In this document: positions 1-8,622 of the stretch, piece after piece
How positions within the stretch are numbered: position 1 is the first letter of the stretch
How the letters are laid out: each line of letters starts with the position of its first letter
DNA from: Alphaproteobacteria bacterium
Lineage (GTDB): Bacteria; Pseudomonadota; Alphaproteobacteria; Holosporales; JBOFFI01
Direction: 5' to 3'
DNA: 33,813 nucleotides
Assembly (NCBI GenBank): GCA_051657225.1
Contig: JBOFKH010000134.1
Coordinates: 1 to 33,813 of the forward strand
Program-made: the position numbers and the translations under genes
Notes under the pieces: generated by a model
Database searches by the model: none
What the model was told of the DNA's origin: nothing
The model's input: the letters and a program-made list of their open reading frames with translations, nothing else

Positions 1-1240
1 GGGGATTTAGCACTCTTAGACACCTTGCAAAATACAAGACATCCAGTTACTTTCGGGCACGCTTAAAGATACCCCTAGAAGGCTAATCACATTAGCCGCG
101 TTGAAATCAGAATCACCATGCCAACCACAATGTCCACAAACATACTGCTTTCCATTCCGATAGGATTTCCCCTGTTCGGGATGGATGTGCAGACACTTAT
201 GGCAGGTCTGCGACGTGTAGCGCGGATCGATCAACAACACCTGCACACCTGCAATCAGGGCTTTGTACGCGGTGAATTGGCGCAACTGGTAAAAAGCCCA
301 ACTGTGATGCTGCCTGCGCTGAGTTTTTCTGACCTTGGTTCGATTCCGAATCCCAGTCAGATCCTCAAACGCAATAGATGCATCAATACGCTGCGCTTCA
401 TTGACCAGTTGACGACTGATGGTGTGGTTGATGTTTGTTTGGAATCTTCGTTCTCTCCCAGAGAGCCTTTTGAGGAGCTTCTTTGCTCCCCTGGTGCATT
501 TGGATTGAACGCTAGACCTGACTTTTTGAAAGTGATTGCGCACTTTCTGAACCTGTTCCCCCGACCAGGCTTTTCCTGTACTGGTATGGGCAATGTCTTT
601 TTGTCCTACATCAACACCCAAAACCCTAGGTGTTTGATTGGGAGGCTGAGTCGGCACCTCTACCTGTATCTGAATGTAGTAGGCACCATTCCGGCGCTTA
701 CACAATACAGCACTCGTAGGGGTCTGACCTTTCAACAAAGCCAACTGGTAGTTCCCAATGGAGAGAGGCAATTTAACCCGACCATTCAGCAGCGTCACAC
801 CCACAACCTGCTTAACTTCGTCGTAACTGAACGTCCTTACGTCCAGAGACATCGAAGTCGGCTTAAATTTGTGGATCTGTTTCTGCGCTGTAACCGCACC
901 CACTACCCGACGAATCGCCTGGCACACATGGTTTGCCTTCAAGCCTGTTTTGGCTCGGACATCGTAATAGGTGGCATGGTGCAACTTGGTCGTGTTCTTA
1001 ATCTTCTCTCGCTGAGAAACCTCCAATATCTGATTGCACCCGTCAGCAAAGCGCTGCAAGGTTTCGTCAATTTCTTGACGCACCTTTACAGGGACTTGAA
1101 GCTTGCAGGACACAGATATTATTTGGCTCATGGATATAGCATAACTCATCCAAGTACAATATGGATGACTGCGGCTAAAGCCGCTAGCTCGTTTTTCCTC
1201 CCAGGGCTGAAGCCGCTGGGTTTCCAAACATCAAGGTTTT
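1..1240 (-). mobile_element. IS200/IS605-family tnpB-only element, copy 1 (right end cut by window edge; left-end limit approximate)
   Basis: Contains a tnpB ORF. The region upstream of it on the minus strand has two hairpins: gcggc-taaa-gccgc at 1171-1184, and a bulged cccag/ctggg stem at 1200-1220. Bases 1-8 'ggggattt' parallel 'gtgggattc' (1458-1466) at the RE of copy 2. Confidence 0.7.
16..1131 (-). CDS. tnpB: TnpB-like RNA-guided endonuclease (IS605 OrfB family)
   Basis: 371 aa from the ATG at 1131; the track ORF extends to 1227 through upstream in-frame starts. RuvC-like motifs 'GVDVGQKD', 'AFEDLTG' and 'GDSDFNAANVI'. Zinc finger 'CHKC...CGHC'. Confidence 0.9.
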   Translation of the reverse strand: MSQIISVSCKLQVPVKVRQEIDETLQRFADGCNQILEVSQREKIKNTTKLHHATYYDVRAKTGLKANHVCQAIRRVVGAVTAQKQIHKFKPTSMSLDVRTFSYDEVKQVVGVTLLNGRVKLPLSIGNYQLALLKGQTPTSAVLCKRRNGAYYIQIQVEVPTQPPNQTPRVLGVDVGQKDIAHTSTGKAWSGEQVQKVRNHFQKVRSSVQSKCTRGAKKLLKRLSGRERRFQTNINHTISRQLVNEAQRIDASIAFEDLTGIRNRTKVRKTQRRQHHSWAFYQLRQFTAYKALIAGVQVLLIDPRYTSQTCHKCLHIHPEQGKSYRNGKQYVCGHCGWHGDSDFNAANVISLLGVSLSVPESNWMSCILQGV

Positions 1241-1433
1241 TCTATGAGGGGCAAGAAGGTATCGCTGTGCTTGCTCACAAGTTCGACAATTATCGTCAAC
1301 TTCCAGAGCATACGGGCGTGCCGTTGAAGGATCGTATGTGCATAAAATCGTGAAACTATGGAATAATTCGCCTTCTGTTCTGCTGTTGCAAAACAACAAC
1401 GACTCCATCCATTGAGATCCTCCTTCTGTTTTG

Positions 1434-1600
1434 ATCCACTCCCACGGCTAAAAGCACGTGGGATTCAGGACTCAAGCAGGGATTGCAGGCAAAGCCTGTC
1501 TGACATCCCCTAATCCTCGGGTTGAGACCCCAACCCTTTTGATATTCACCGCAGCGTTCTCATCGCGGTCATTCTCGGACTGACACGACGGACAACGCCA
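1434..1600 (-). ncRNA. Predicted omega RNA (reRNA) of tnpB copy 2; extent approximate
   Basis: Inferred from family biology: the guide RNA is transcribed from the tnpB 3' end through the RE hairpin (1441-1462). I cannot define the ends by eye. Confidence 0.35.
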
Positions 1601-2596
1601 GCGTCTCTCAGAGAGGTGCAAGGATTCCAACACATGACCACAGCCGGAGCACGTTTTAGAACTTGGATACCATTGGTCAATGAAGATGACTCGTTTATCC
1701 TTTTTCTGGGCAACCCATTCGAGAATCTGAAGAAACTCACCCAGCGCCAGGTCTGACATTTTGCGTCCCCAAAGTCGCTTCATCCCTTTAAGATTCAACG
1801 TCTCAAAGCACAGCACATCAAATTTATCCGTCAAATCATGCGCTAACTTCCAGAACCAATCCCGACGACGATTTGCCACATCCTCATGTTTGCGAGCCAG
1901 ATTCAGCCGGGAACGTTCCCGGTTGTTTGACCCCTTTTGCTTTTTGGAGTGCTGTTGGCTGGCTTTTTTAATGGCATTGAGCGATTGAGTGAGAAATAAG
2001 GGTGCTTCAATGTTGAAGCCCTCGGAGCAAGTGAGAAATGTTTTCAGACCAAAGTCAAATCCAGCAGTTTTACCCGTCTCGAATTTGATTGCTGGTTCTG
2101 AACCATCATCCACGACTATGACCAAAAACATCTCACCCAACGGCGTGCGTTTGATGGTCAAGGTTTTAACGGTTCCCTCTATCTCTCTAGAGTTCCAAAA
2201 CTGATACACTCGTTCGCCGATTTTGACTCGATTGCCACCGAGAAACTTGTAGCCAGCCTGCTTGAGAGTGAATGATTTATACTTCTTAACCTTCTTGAAA
2301 TTGGGGGGTCTGACTCCTTTTTTGTGGTGTTTGAAGAACAGTTGGTATGCCTTCTCAATGCGTTGACAGATATCCTGTACTGCTTGAGAACCAACCTGTT
2401 GCCAAAACGGATTTCGCTTCCGCAATTTGGCGATATGAGCCTGAAGTTGAGCACAGCTCAAATGCTGACCCCACATCCGGTAGTACCGTTTATGCAGGGC
2501 AATGCAATGGTTATAGATCACCCCAGCAGCGTTGATTGTTCGCTTCAGGTGTCTATTCCGTTTATGGCTGTAGAGCTTAAACTTTAGGGTTTTCAT
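1472..2596 (-). CDS. tnpB: TnpB-like RNA-guided endonuclease
   Basis: 374 aa. N-terminus 'KFKLYSHKRNRHL'. RuvC motifs 'FDFGLK', 'CFETLNLKGM' and 'DRDENAAVNI'. Zinc finger 'CSGCG...CPSC'. Confidence 0.92.
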   Translation of the reverse strand: MKTLKFKLYSHKRNRHLKRTINAAGVIYNHCIALHKRYYRMWGQHLSCAQLQAHIAKLRKRNPFWQQVGSQAVQDICQRIEKAYQLFFKHHKKGVRPPNFKKVKKYKSFTLKQAGYKFLGGNRVKIGERVYQFWNSREIEGTVKTLTIKRTPLGEMFLVIVVDDGSEPAIKFETGKTAGFDFGLKTFLTCSEGFNIEAPLFLTQSLNAIKKASQQHSKKQKGSNNRERSRLNLARKHEDVANRRRDWFWKLAHDLTDKFDVLCFETLNLKGMKRLWGRKMSDLALGEFLQILEWVAQKKDKRVIFIDQWYPSSKTCSGCGHVLESLHLSERRWRCPSCQSENDRDENAAVNIKRVGVSTRGLGDVRQALPAIPA

Positions 2597-2990
2597 GGTG
2601 GGATAATAGCATGATGCTACAAGAAAGTTGAAGGCGCTTAAAAGCGCTGCTCGCTACATCCCACGCTTGAAAGACGTGGGCTTTGCTTGTATTTTCTGTA
2701 ATTGCAAAACATCGTCCCCCTGCATAGATCTCTACTTCAGAAAGAAAAACTGGAGCAGGAACAAACCCATCAGGCATAGGGGAAGGGGTATAGAGCGCGA
2801 TCGCTGAGAAGGTAGGATGAACTTCACTGAGCATCACCCATTCTCCAAAAACTTTCGCAATTCTCAGGCTCAAACAGATTCATCACCGCCCGATCGCTCT
2901 TCCTTCCTTTTGCCCCCACATACCGCCAGCATTGGCTTGAGAGAGGGCAATCAGCTCGATCGCATCCTGCGTAATCATTTGGAAAAGATC

Positions 2991-3278
2991 TCACGACGCC
3001 AACTCCCGTTCAAAAATTCGATCGCTCATTGTTTCTACTCCATTTTCGATGAGCGATCTCTTCACCTCCCTCATCTCCGTCGGAGTAATATCCAAGTTGT
3101 ACCGCATTACTGGCTCCGTCCCATCATCAGACCCAGTAATCATCATCGTGTGCCGCGAAATTCTTTTCTGAGCAGAAAACGCCTTGAGATGGTTGGTGTA
3201 TGGCTGAGCATTACTGAAAGCGCCAAAGCCTTTGCCAGTATAGTATTTATTGTCCTTGTCGATTAAGTAGTAAATCAT
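2991..3278 (-). CDS. Hypothetical phage protein (95 aa)
   Basis: The ATG at 3278 forms an ATGA stop/start overlap with the upstream ORF (3275-3278). This supports 'MIYYLIDKD...' as the start. Confidence 0.6.
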   Translation of the reverse strand: MIYYLIDKDNKYYTGKGFGAFSNAQPYTNHLKAFSAQKRISRHTMMITGSDDGTEPVMRYNLDITPTEMREVKRSLIENGVETMSDRIFERELAS

Positions 3279-3517
3279 TTTCTGTCCTTCAATGTCATCA
3301 AAACTGCTTGTCCGATCGCCCATCCAATAACGCCGATCGTTACTCCCATTATCACCACTATTTTTGCTGCACGCAAGACGCGCAGGGGCTCAGAGCGGTC
3401 TACTGTTTTTCTCCAGACACAATTTATTGCTTCTATCTCGACGCAATAATCGTCCAGAGATGTATCCTCGTTGCCCATCGTTATAACGCATCCTTGTTGA
3501 TTTGATTTTGTCGCCAT
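3275..3517 (-). CDS. Hypothetical small protein with C-terminal TM helix
   Basis: 80-aa ORF with the hydrophobic segment 'IVVIMGVTIGVIGWAIGQAVL'. It is translationally coupled to the next gene. Confidence 0.5.
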   Translation of the reverse strand: MATKSNQQGCVITMGNEDTSLDDYCVEIEAINCVWRKTVDRSEPLRVLRAAKIVVIMGVTIGVIGWAIGQAVLMTLKDRK

Positions 3518-3626
3518 TGCCCGTAACTCGATCGCACCACAATGCTTGAATCCAAGCCAAGATTGGTTGTTTCGATGGTAAGAAGAAGTGCGATCGCCAA
3601 CATCAATACTTTCCCCACTCCGTAAA

Positions 3627-3842
3627 CTATGATTTCAGCGTTGCCCATCGCTCAATTCCCCCCACCATTGGATCTGCCGGGTCTAAGATTTCTTCCCATT
3701 TTACCGTTTTACTCCCTTCTCCGGGAAGTCTAACGCGGTAATTTGCCCCTTCCTTCCCCTGGAAGACTGCGATCGTATCTGCACCTCTATGGTATGTCCA
3801 GGGGGTGCCGTCTTTGTCGAGCCGGAAAAGCGATCGGTTCAT
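3627..3842 (-). CDS. Hypothetical protein (71 aa)
   Basis: ORF with a 4-nt overlap with the upstream gene (3839-3842). Confidence 0.5.
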   Translation of the reverse strand: MNRSLFRLDKDGTPWTYHRGADTIAVFQGKEGANYRVRLPGEGSKTVKWEEILDPADPMVGGIERWATLKS

Positions 3843-4165
3843 CCCACCACCCCCGCAAATACTTCAGCCATCTGTTGAAACCATTGCTTGAGTTGGGCTA
3901 GGGCTTGATCAATAGAGAGTCCAGATGATAAAGTCGCAAAAAGCTGAAGTCTCGACAGATCACCAATAGTCACTGATGCCATAGATATTTCATCGCACAG
4001 CACCACATCAACAATGATAGGAAATCCATGGCGATCGCTAGCGGCTGGGGGAACAGATATTCTTGATGTAAATCGCTGAATCTTTCCTTCTTGTCCATGA
4101 ACTTCCCACTTCAGAGAAGGGAAAATAGCTTTTATTTTCTCTTCTGGAGTTAATTTAATACCCAT
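3839..4165 (-). CDS. Hypothetical protein; distant paralog of 9166..9471
   Basis: 108 aa. Shares 'FPxLxW..G', 'P..IVV' and 'QAL...F.Q...AG..G' with the 101-aa ORF at 9166..9471. TAATG overlap with the RusA-like gene. Confidence 0.6.
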   Translation of the reverse strand: MGIKLTPEEKIKAIFPSLKWEVHGQEGKIQRFTSRISVPPAASDRHGFPIIVDVVLCDEISMASVTIGDLSRLQLFATLSSGLSIDQALAQLKQWFQQMAEVFAGVVG

Positions 4166-4545
4166 TATGAAATTTCTACCTCCACACGAGGATTAATTTG
4201 ATCGTAGTGCAAGGGCGGCTCCACCGCTCCTACGCAGTATTTATCGTTCACGAATAAAGCATCCTCGATCGCCTTCAGAACGTTAGAAGGGTCGGGGTGC
4301 GCTCTATTCTTAAAGAAAATGCGAATCACCAGAATAGTTTCCTGCCCCTGCGCAGTGGTCAATGGCTTTGGATGTCCCCAGTTCCCTGGCACCTGCGCTA
4401 GAAATGCGTTCACAGCGTCCGCTTTATAGTTTTGATACCGTTGGTACTTGTCGCACCACTTCGAGGCTTGGGTGGTGCGTGTGTAACCGATGGGGGTGAC
4501 GAGGATTGTGAATGCGATCGTGGGGGTGGCGAGGATGGGGGTCAT
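4165..4545 (-). CDS. rusA: RusA-like Holliday-junction resolvase
   Basis: 126 aa from the ATG at 4545, which forms an ATGA overlap with the RNase H gene. 'TRTTQASKW...YQRYQNYK' and 'PDPSNVLKAIEDALFVNDKY' resemble the RusA 'DxDNxxKxxxDAL...D' core. The second Asp position is Ser here. Confidence 0.55.
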   Translation of the reverse strand: MTPILATPTIAFTILVTPIGYTRTTQASKWCDKYQRYQNYKADAVNAFLAQVPGNWGHPKPLTTAQGQETILVIRIFFKNRAHPDPSNVLKAIEDALFVNDKYCVGAVEPPLHYDQINPRVEVEIS

Positions 4546-4943
4546 TTTTTGCGCCCAAAATCTGCTGGGATTTCGCCCCATCGTTTTGTCTCCCATTTTA
4601 GAACCTTAATCCCATGCCGATTGCTTCTCAGCCATTTCACAGCGCGATCGCACAGACTCAAAATCTCACCACCTGATTCTGGATCTAACGTTGAAGCATA
4701 AGCCTTCTTGTTTACCCAAATAATTGCAGTTTGCGAATCAGAATAAATAGGGATAGAAAGGTTGTTCTGAGAAAGATAAGCCAACCCATGAACGATCGCC
4801 AAAAACTCTCCTAAATTGTTAGTACCAAATCCTGCTCTACGCCTAAAAGCAATCTTCTTAGTCTCAACAAAAACACCTTGGTATTCGACAATCCCCGGAT
4901 TACCAACACAAGATGCATCTACAGCTAAAGACTCTGTTATCAT
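4542..4943 (-). CDS. RNase H (type 1-like)
   Basis: 133 aa. 'VDASCVGNPG', 'TNNLGEFLAIVHGL', 'IYSDSQ' and a C-terminal 'ADFGRK' match the DEDD RNase HI pattern. An AGGAG RBS lies upstream. Confidence 0.85.
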   Translation of the reverse strand: MITESLAVDASCVGNPGIVEYQGVFVETKKIAFRRRAGFGTNNLGEFLAIVHGLAYLSQNNLSIPIYSDSQTAIIWVNKKAYASTLDPESGGEILSLCDRAVKWLRSNRHGIKVLKWETKRWGEIPADFGRKK

Positions 4944-5064
4944 TATTTTGTGACTCCTGCTAGAACCAGGGTGTTACCGCTCCTGGGAATCGCCCATTGG
5001 TAGTGGGCCTCCACGAGGAGCATGATTCTTTTATCATACAGAAAATTGGAATAAAGAGCAATCA

Positions 5065-5421
5065 TTAAGATGCCTCCTTGAGTTTCAAGAATTGTTTTCT
5101 TCCTTTTTCGTTAAGCATTGCCCATGCTTTTCTCCTAGACTCTGGAGGTAAAGTAGCAGCCAATGCTTCAGCTACTGCATTGGCTGCATCAGGGTTGTCT
5201 ACTGCTTTTAATAGTTCCAATGCATCAATAACATCGTTATGATCCGGAATAGGAGGCTGGCAGGACTCTAATAAATATCGCTCTCCTTTTGAATGCAGAA
5301 AGCGATCGCCATTAGAGTTTTTTGTTTTTCTTTCAACTATCAAATAAAGTTCTTCGTAGTAGAAGCATTCTCCTACTTCTGGAGAAAAATCAGTCTTCAT
5401 ATTCATATCCATCCTCATCAA
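5065..5421 (-). CDS. Hypothetical protein (start uncertain: 5418, 5406 or 5400)
   Basis: ORF directly downstream of, and overlapping, the primase-helicase stop. No recognisable motifs. Confidence 0.45.
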   Translation of the reverse strand: MMRMDMNMKTDFSPEVGECFYYEELYLIVERKTKNSNGDRFLHSKGERYLLESCQPPIPDHNDVIDALELLKAVDNPDAANAVAEALAATLPPESRRKAWAMLNEKGRKQFLKLKEAS

Positions 5422-7552
5422 AGACTTTTTGCGTCAAAACACGTTTCAGGGGAGTAGCCGAAGCTTTTGAATCATGGAACTTTACGAGTTCTGGCTCAAA
5501 CAGTAATTTAGCCGTCCCTATCGGCCCATTTCTGTTTTTTGCAACGATCACTTCACAAGTCCCCCTGTCAATGGAATCAGGGTTGTAGTATTCATCGCGG
5601 TAAAGAAACACAACAATATCTGCATCCTGCTCAATTCCTCCACTATCTCTGAGATCAGAAAGCATTGGCCGTTTATCGTTTCGTTGCTCAACTGCTCTAC
5701 TCAATTGCGAAAGCACAACAACCGGAATATTGTATTTTTTGGCGATCGCCTTTAATCTACGTGTGATTTTTGCAATTCCAAAATTTCGATTATCATAGTC
5801 ACTTTCCATGATTTGAAGGTAATCAATAATAACCAATCCCAAGCTTGAACTTTCAAGCGCGAATTTGTCTATTTTCCGCTCAATATCCTCAATTGTAAGA
5901 GAGCAACCGTCATCAATCCCAATCCGAAGACCGGACAAGACGCCAATGGCAGAGGAAATTTTTTGAAACTCCCTACCCGAAATTTCTCCACGACGTAGAG
6001 AACCAGATGGGACTGAACTTTCAGTCGAGATCATTCGGTAATGCAATTGTTCTTTACTCATCTCTAGGCTGAAGAAAGAAACAGCTACATCATTAATCTC
6101 TGCTGCTTTTCTGGCGATATTAAGGACAAAAGCTGTTTTACCCATAGACGGGCGAGCTGCTACAACTATCAGGTCTCCAGGATTTAACCCATCTGTCAAG
6201 TCATCAAGAGATGGAAACCCTGTTCTTAATCCTGGCACCGTAGGAGATTTTGCCCTTGCCTCTAACTGCGCAAATACGTTGGCTCCAAGCTTATCCAGGT
6301 ATGTGAACTCAGATTCAAGCTTAGGAATTAAGGCATCTGTCAAGTCATCTAGTCTACGGCCTGAAACCTTATAGTTTTTAGAGAGAGAATTTTCTAGAAA
6401 CACTCGCTTAAAAGGATCTTCCTCTTGAGCAAGCATCTTAACTTCACATTTTAGCTTTTCAGTTTCAGAGTTTCCTCCTTCTATCAGGCTTTCTTTTGAT
6501 ATTTCCTCCTCAGAAGATGTCGTAGTATCAGCTTTTTGTCTCTCCCTGTTTTGACGTTGGAACCATCCTTTTATGCAGTTCTCCATGTACTCAGGACTGA
6601 GTATTGGGTCAGGATTTTTTTTGAATGCACTTCTCCAAATAGCCTCTGGCTGACCTTTTGGCACATCTATGTCAAGCCCAACAAAAGAACACCATTCAAA
6701 AAAAATCCTTTCGGGGTTTCCATCAAATGGTTGTCCGATTGAGCAAAGGTAATTTGACACCCCCAAAAGTTCAGAAGCTATATCAAATCCAGTATCGTTT
6801 CGCCCTTTTGTTAGCTTCCCTTCAAGAGCATTGCGAATTTCTACTGAACAACAAACAGTTAGAGGAATAGCGCCTGCAACCGTGGGAGTCTCAATAATTT
6901 CGCGCTCAACACGCGCAGGAATTAGCATTTGCTCAATCATCCACAAAGGCGCTTCAGCGATCGCCACGTCAGATGGATGATGACGCCACTCATACCCTTT
7001 AGTCATGGGATGGGCACCTAAGACAATAGACTGTGCTCCAGTCCAACGGAATTCGAGCATCTCTGGCTTACCATCATCCCCAGTTTCCCCAGTTTTCTTT
7101 TTAGTGGTCTTAATCTGACTCCAAAATATGTCTGGCACTTGATAGACCAACTGATATCGCCCTTTCCTTCCACTTGTCACTAAAGGAGTTTTAGGTAGAG
7201 CCTCCTTTAGTGAAACCCCACTAATTTCCTCAATAAAGCGATCGCAGCTTAAGCCATCATGATCAAGAAACAATAATCCACCAGACGGCACACCGCAATG
7301 AACTCCAATCGATTTGCACCACTCAAAAGGCGGGTTAAATTCCGGTTTTGTATCAGGACGAATTGTTAGTTTTTCAAATATTCCTGATTTCTTAGCATTA
7401 ACAAAATCACCTGAAGTTAATGGCGTTTTTTCCCATTCATTCCCAATCGGAACTTTATTCCCATTGCAAGCACAAAGAGACCATGATTCTGGCAAGTTCA
7501 ATACATCTTTAATCAAGGAAGATGTATGAACTAAATTTTTTAATTTTGACAT
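5390..7552 (-). CDS. Bifunctional PrimPol-type primase / DnaB-like replicative helicase fusion
   Basis: N-terminal 'KVPIGNEWEK', 'IGVHCGVPSGGLLFLDHDG' and 'GAHPMTKGYEW' give a prim-pol pattern. C-terminal Walker A 'ARPSMGKTAF', 'IIDYLQIM' and 'SQLSRAVEQRNDKRPMLSDLRDSGGIEQDADIV' give a DnaB C-domain pattern. The start at 7552 (MSKLKN) is preferred; 7627 is possible. Confidence 0.88.
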   Translation of the reverse strand: MSKLKNLVHTSSLIKDVLNLPESWSLCACNGNKVPIGNEWEKTPLTSGDFVNAKKSGIFEKLTIRPDTKPEFNPPFEWCKSIGVHCGVPSGGLLFLDHDGLSCDRFIEEISGVSLKEALPKTPLVTSGRKGRYQLVYQVPDIFWSQIKTTKKKTGETGDDGKPEMLEFRWTGAQSIVLGAHPMTKGYEWRHHPSDVAIAEAPLWMIEQMLIPARVEREIIETPTVAGAIPLTVCCSVEIRNALEGKLTKGRNDTGFDIASELLGVSNYLCSIGQPFDGNPERIFFEWCSFVGLDIDVPKGQPEAIWRSAFKKNPDPILSPEYMENCIKGWFQRQNRERQKADTTTSSEEEISKESLIEGGNSETEKLKCEVKMLAQEEDPFKRVFLENSLSKNYKVSGRRLDDLTDALIPKLESEFTYLDKLGANVFAQLEARAKSPTVPGLRTGFPSLDDLTDGLNPGDLIVVAARPSMGKTAFVLNIARKAAEINDVAVSFFSLEMSKEQLHYRMISTESSVPSGSLRRGEISGREFQKISSAIGVLSGLRIGIDDGCSLTIEDIERKIDKFALESSSLGLVIIDYLQIMESDYDNRNFGIAKITRRLKAIAKKYNIPVVVLSQLSRAVEQRNDKRPMLSDLRDSGGIEQDADIVVFLYRDEYYNPDSIDRGTCEVIVAKNRNGPIGTAKLLFEPELVKFHDSKASATPLKRVLTQKVFDEDGYEYED

Positions 7553-8529
7553 ACAAAACCTTGAACCGATTGAGCTTTTAACCAAGTTAAATATTCCTTG
7601 AGTTGTTCCGTTGTCAGGTCTCGACACATCAGAACCCCAAACCGCTCTTGAAACGATTGCGGCAACACGGCATTAAGCTTCAATCGCTTCATCTCTTGAA
7701 CCACTGCCTTCTCAATTGCTGAAGGCGATTCGCCTTCAGCACAGAACTCTTGCCACAAGTCTGTAATGCGTAGGTATAAATGCCGCCTTTCTTCAGAGCC
7801 TCTTATTTTGGCCGTGAAGGCGCGTATATACCCTTTCGCGTCTGCAACACTAGGCTTACGGTTTTCGTACGCCCCTCGCCCTTCTAGACTGCCCTGGATG
7901 AATTTAACGAATCCGTCGTCGATCGAGTTTGGATCTCCGTTTTTCAACCAAGGGGTGCGCTCGACCGTCCCAAAAGCCACTGAAAGCAAGACTTGGTTGT
8001 CATTTTCCTGTTTTTTGTGAGGGGGAGGGAGAGAATCTTGGCCGTTTCCCTCGCGTGCGTCAACAAAAGAATCTCTCTCTAGACCAGGATCTGTTTCTGG
8101 ATCTGTTTTCTGGATCTGTTTCTGATCTGGGGGCGTTTCATGTTGTTTCATTGAAACAACATGAAACGTTTCATCGCCGTTACATGTTGCATCCTTTTTT
8201 CTTTGTCTATGGGCTCTAACCCTCTCGGTGCTTGAGTCAGAAACGTACTGGTCTCTTTCCCAAGAGTTTATTTTGATACCTCCATTCAGATATTCAATAA
8301 AACCTTTTGCTCTTAGCTTTGCTTTGAATGTAAGCCAATCCTCCGTTTCAAGATCAAGCTCAAAAGCAAGACTTTCGTCGTCAAGCTTGATTTCCCCATC
8401 ACGTTTTTCAGAATGACTTGCCAGGTGATACAAGTGAATATAGTCACATTTTTCTGCTTTGCTTAATCTTTTGAAATGAGTATTGCTGTCAAAAAGATTG
8501 TGGTGAAAACGAAACCATGAATAAGGCAT
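7540..8529 (-). CDS. Replisome-organizer / replication-initiator-like protein
   Basis: The N-terminus 'YSWFRFHHNLFDS...LSKAEKCDYIHLYHLAS...GEIKLDDESLAFEL' resembles phage replisome-organizer / DUF1376-type domains. It sits just upstream of the primase-helicase. AGGAG RBS. It contains the ori-like block. Confidence 0.5.
   Translation of the reverse strand: MPYSWFRFHHNLFDSNTHFKRLSKAEKCDYIHLYHLASHSEKRDGEIKLDDESLAFELDLETEDWLTFKAKLRAKGFIEYLNGGIKINSWERDQYVSDSSTERVRAHRQRKKDATCNGDETFHVVSMKQHETPPDQKQIQKTDPETDPGLERDSFVDAREGNGQDSLPPPHKKQENDNQVLLSVAFGTVERTPWLKNGDPNSIDDGFVKFIQGSLEGRGAYENRKPSVADAKGYIRAFTAKIRGSEERRHLYLRITDLWQEFCAEGESPSAIEKAVVQEMKRLKLNAVLPQSFQERFGVLMCRDLTTEQLKEYLTWLKAQSVQGFVCQN
8087..8130. 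repeat. Three and a half tandem copies of GGATCTGTTT(T)CT (iteron-like)
   Basis: Read directly: ggatctgtttct (8087-8098), ggatctgttttct (8099-8111), ggatctgtttct (8112-8123), then gatctgg. Confidence 0.9.
8134..8168. promoter_or_regulatory. Perfect 17-bp inverted repeat (1-nt centre) inside the replication gene; candidate origin element
   Basis: cgtttcatgttgtttca-t-tgaaacaacatgaaacg. I checked the arms base by base and they are exact reverse complements. Confidence 0.6.
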
Positions 8530-8570
8530 TCTGTGATATACTCCTTAGAATTAGTACGTTTATTTTTCAG

Positions 8571-8620
8571 AAAAAGTAGCCCCAAGAGATAATCAGCCAT
8601 CTTTCTTGGGGCTACTTTTT
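8571..8620. terminator. Strong bidirectional rho-independent terminator
   Basis: 17-bp perfect stem aaaaagtagccccaaga / tcttggggctacttttt with a 16-nt loop and A/T runs on both sides. It lies 2 nt after the stop of 8623..8853. Confidence 0.8.
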
Positions 8621-8622
8621 AT

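Larger units (their letters stand above)
1434..2697 (-). mobile_element. IS200/IS605-family tnpB-only element, copy 2 (boundaries inferred)
   Basis: RE hairpin cccacg-gc/taaaa/gc-a-cgtggg at 1441-1462, directly after the tnpB stop. LE hairpin cccacg/cgtggg at 2660-2680, plus a gcgc/gcgc hairpin at 2634-2647. The boundaries are guesses: TTAC on the minus strand (2698-2701) and GGAT (1434-1437). Confidence 0.65.

Noticed and set aside
330-360. A tRNA-like T-loop string 'ggttcgattcc'. The 4944-5064 intergenic region ('cctggttctagcagg') was also checked as a possible tRNA or attP partner.
   Set aside because: The flanking bases do not form T-stems, and no acceptor, D or anticodon arms could be built. 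The first site lies inside the tnpB coding sequence.
118-1353. 411-aa plus-strand ORF, the longest ORF at the left edge.
   Set aside because: It is the mirror frame of tnpB copy 1. It has no recognisable motifs and odd composition. The minus-strand frame carries complete TnpB RuvC and zinc-finger motifs. The same reasoning rejects other long antisense ORFs: 11384..11926 (+), 17178..17660 (+), 26609..27169 (-), 2817..3266 (+) and 10838..11257 (+).
3518-3626. Possible 40-aa minus-strand ORF ('MLAIALLLTIETTNLG...') in the gap between two small genes.
   Set aside because: It has a weak RBS and overlaps the start of 3275..3517. There is nothing to distinguish it from chance.
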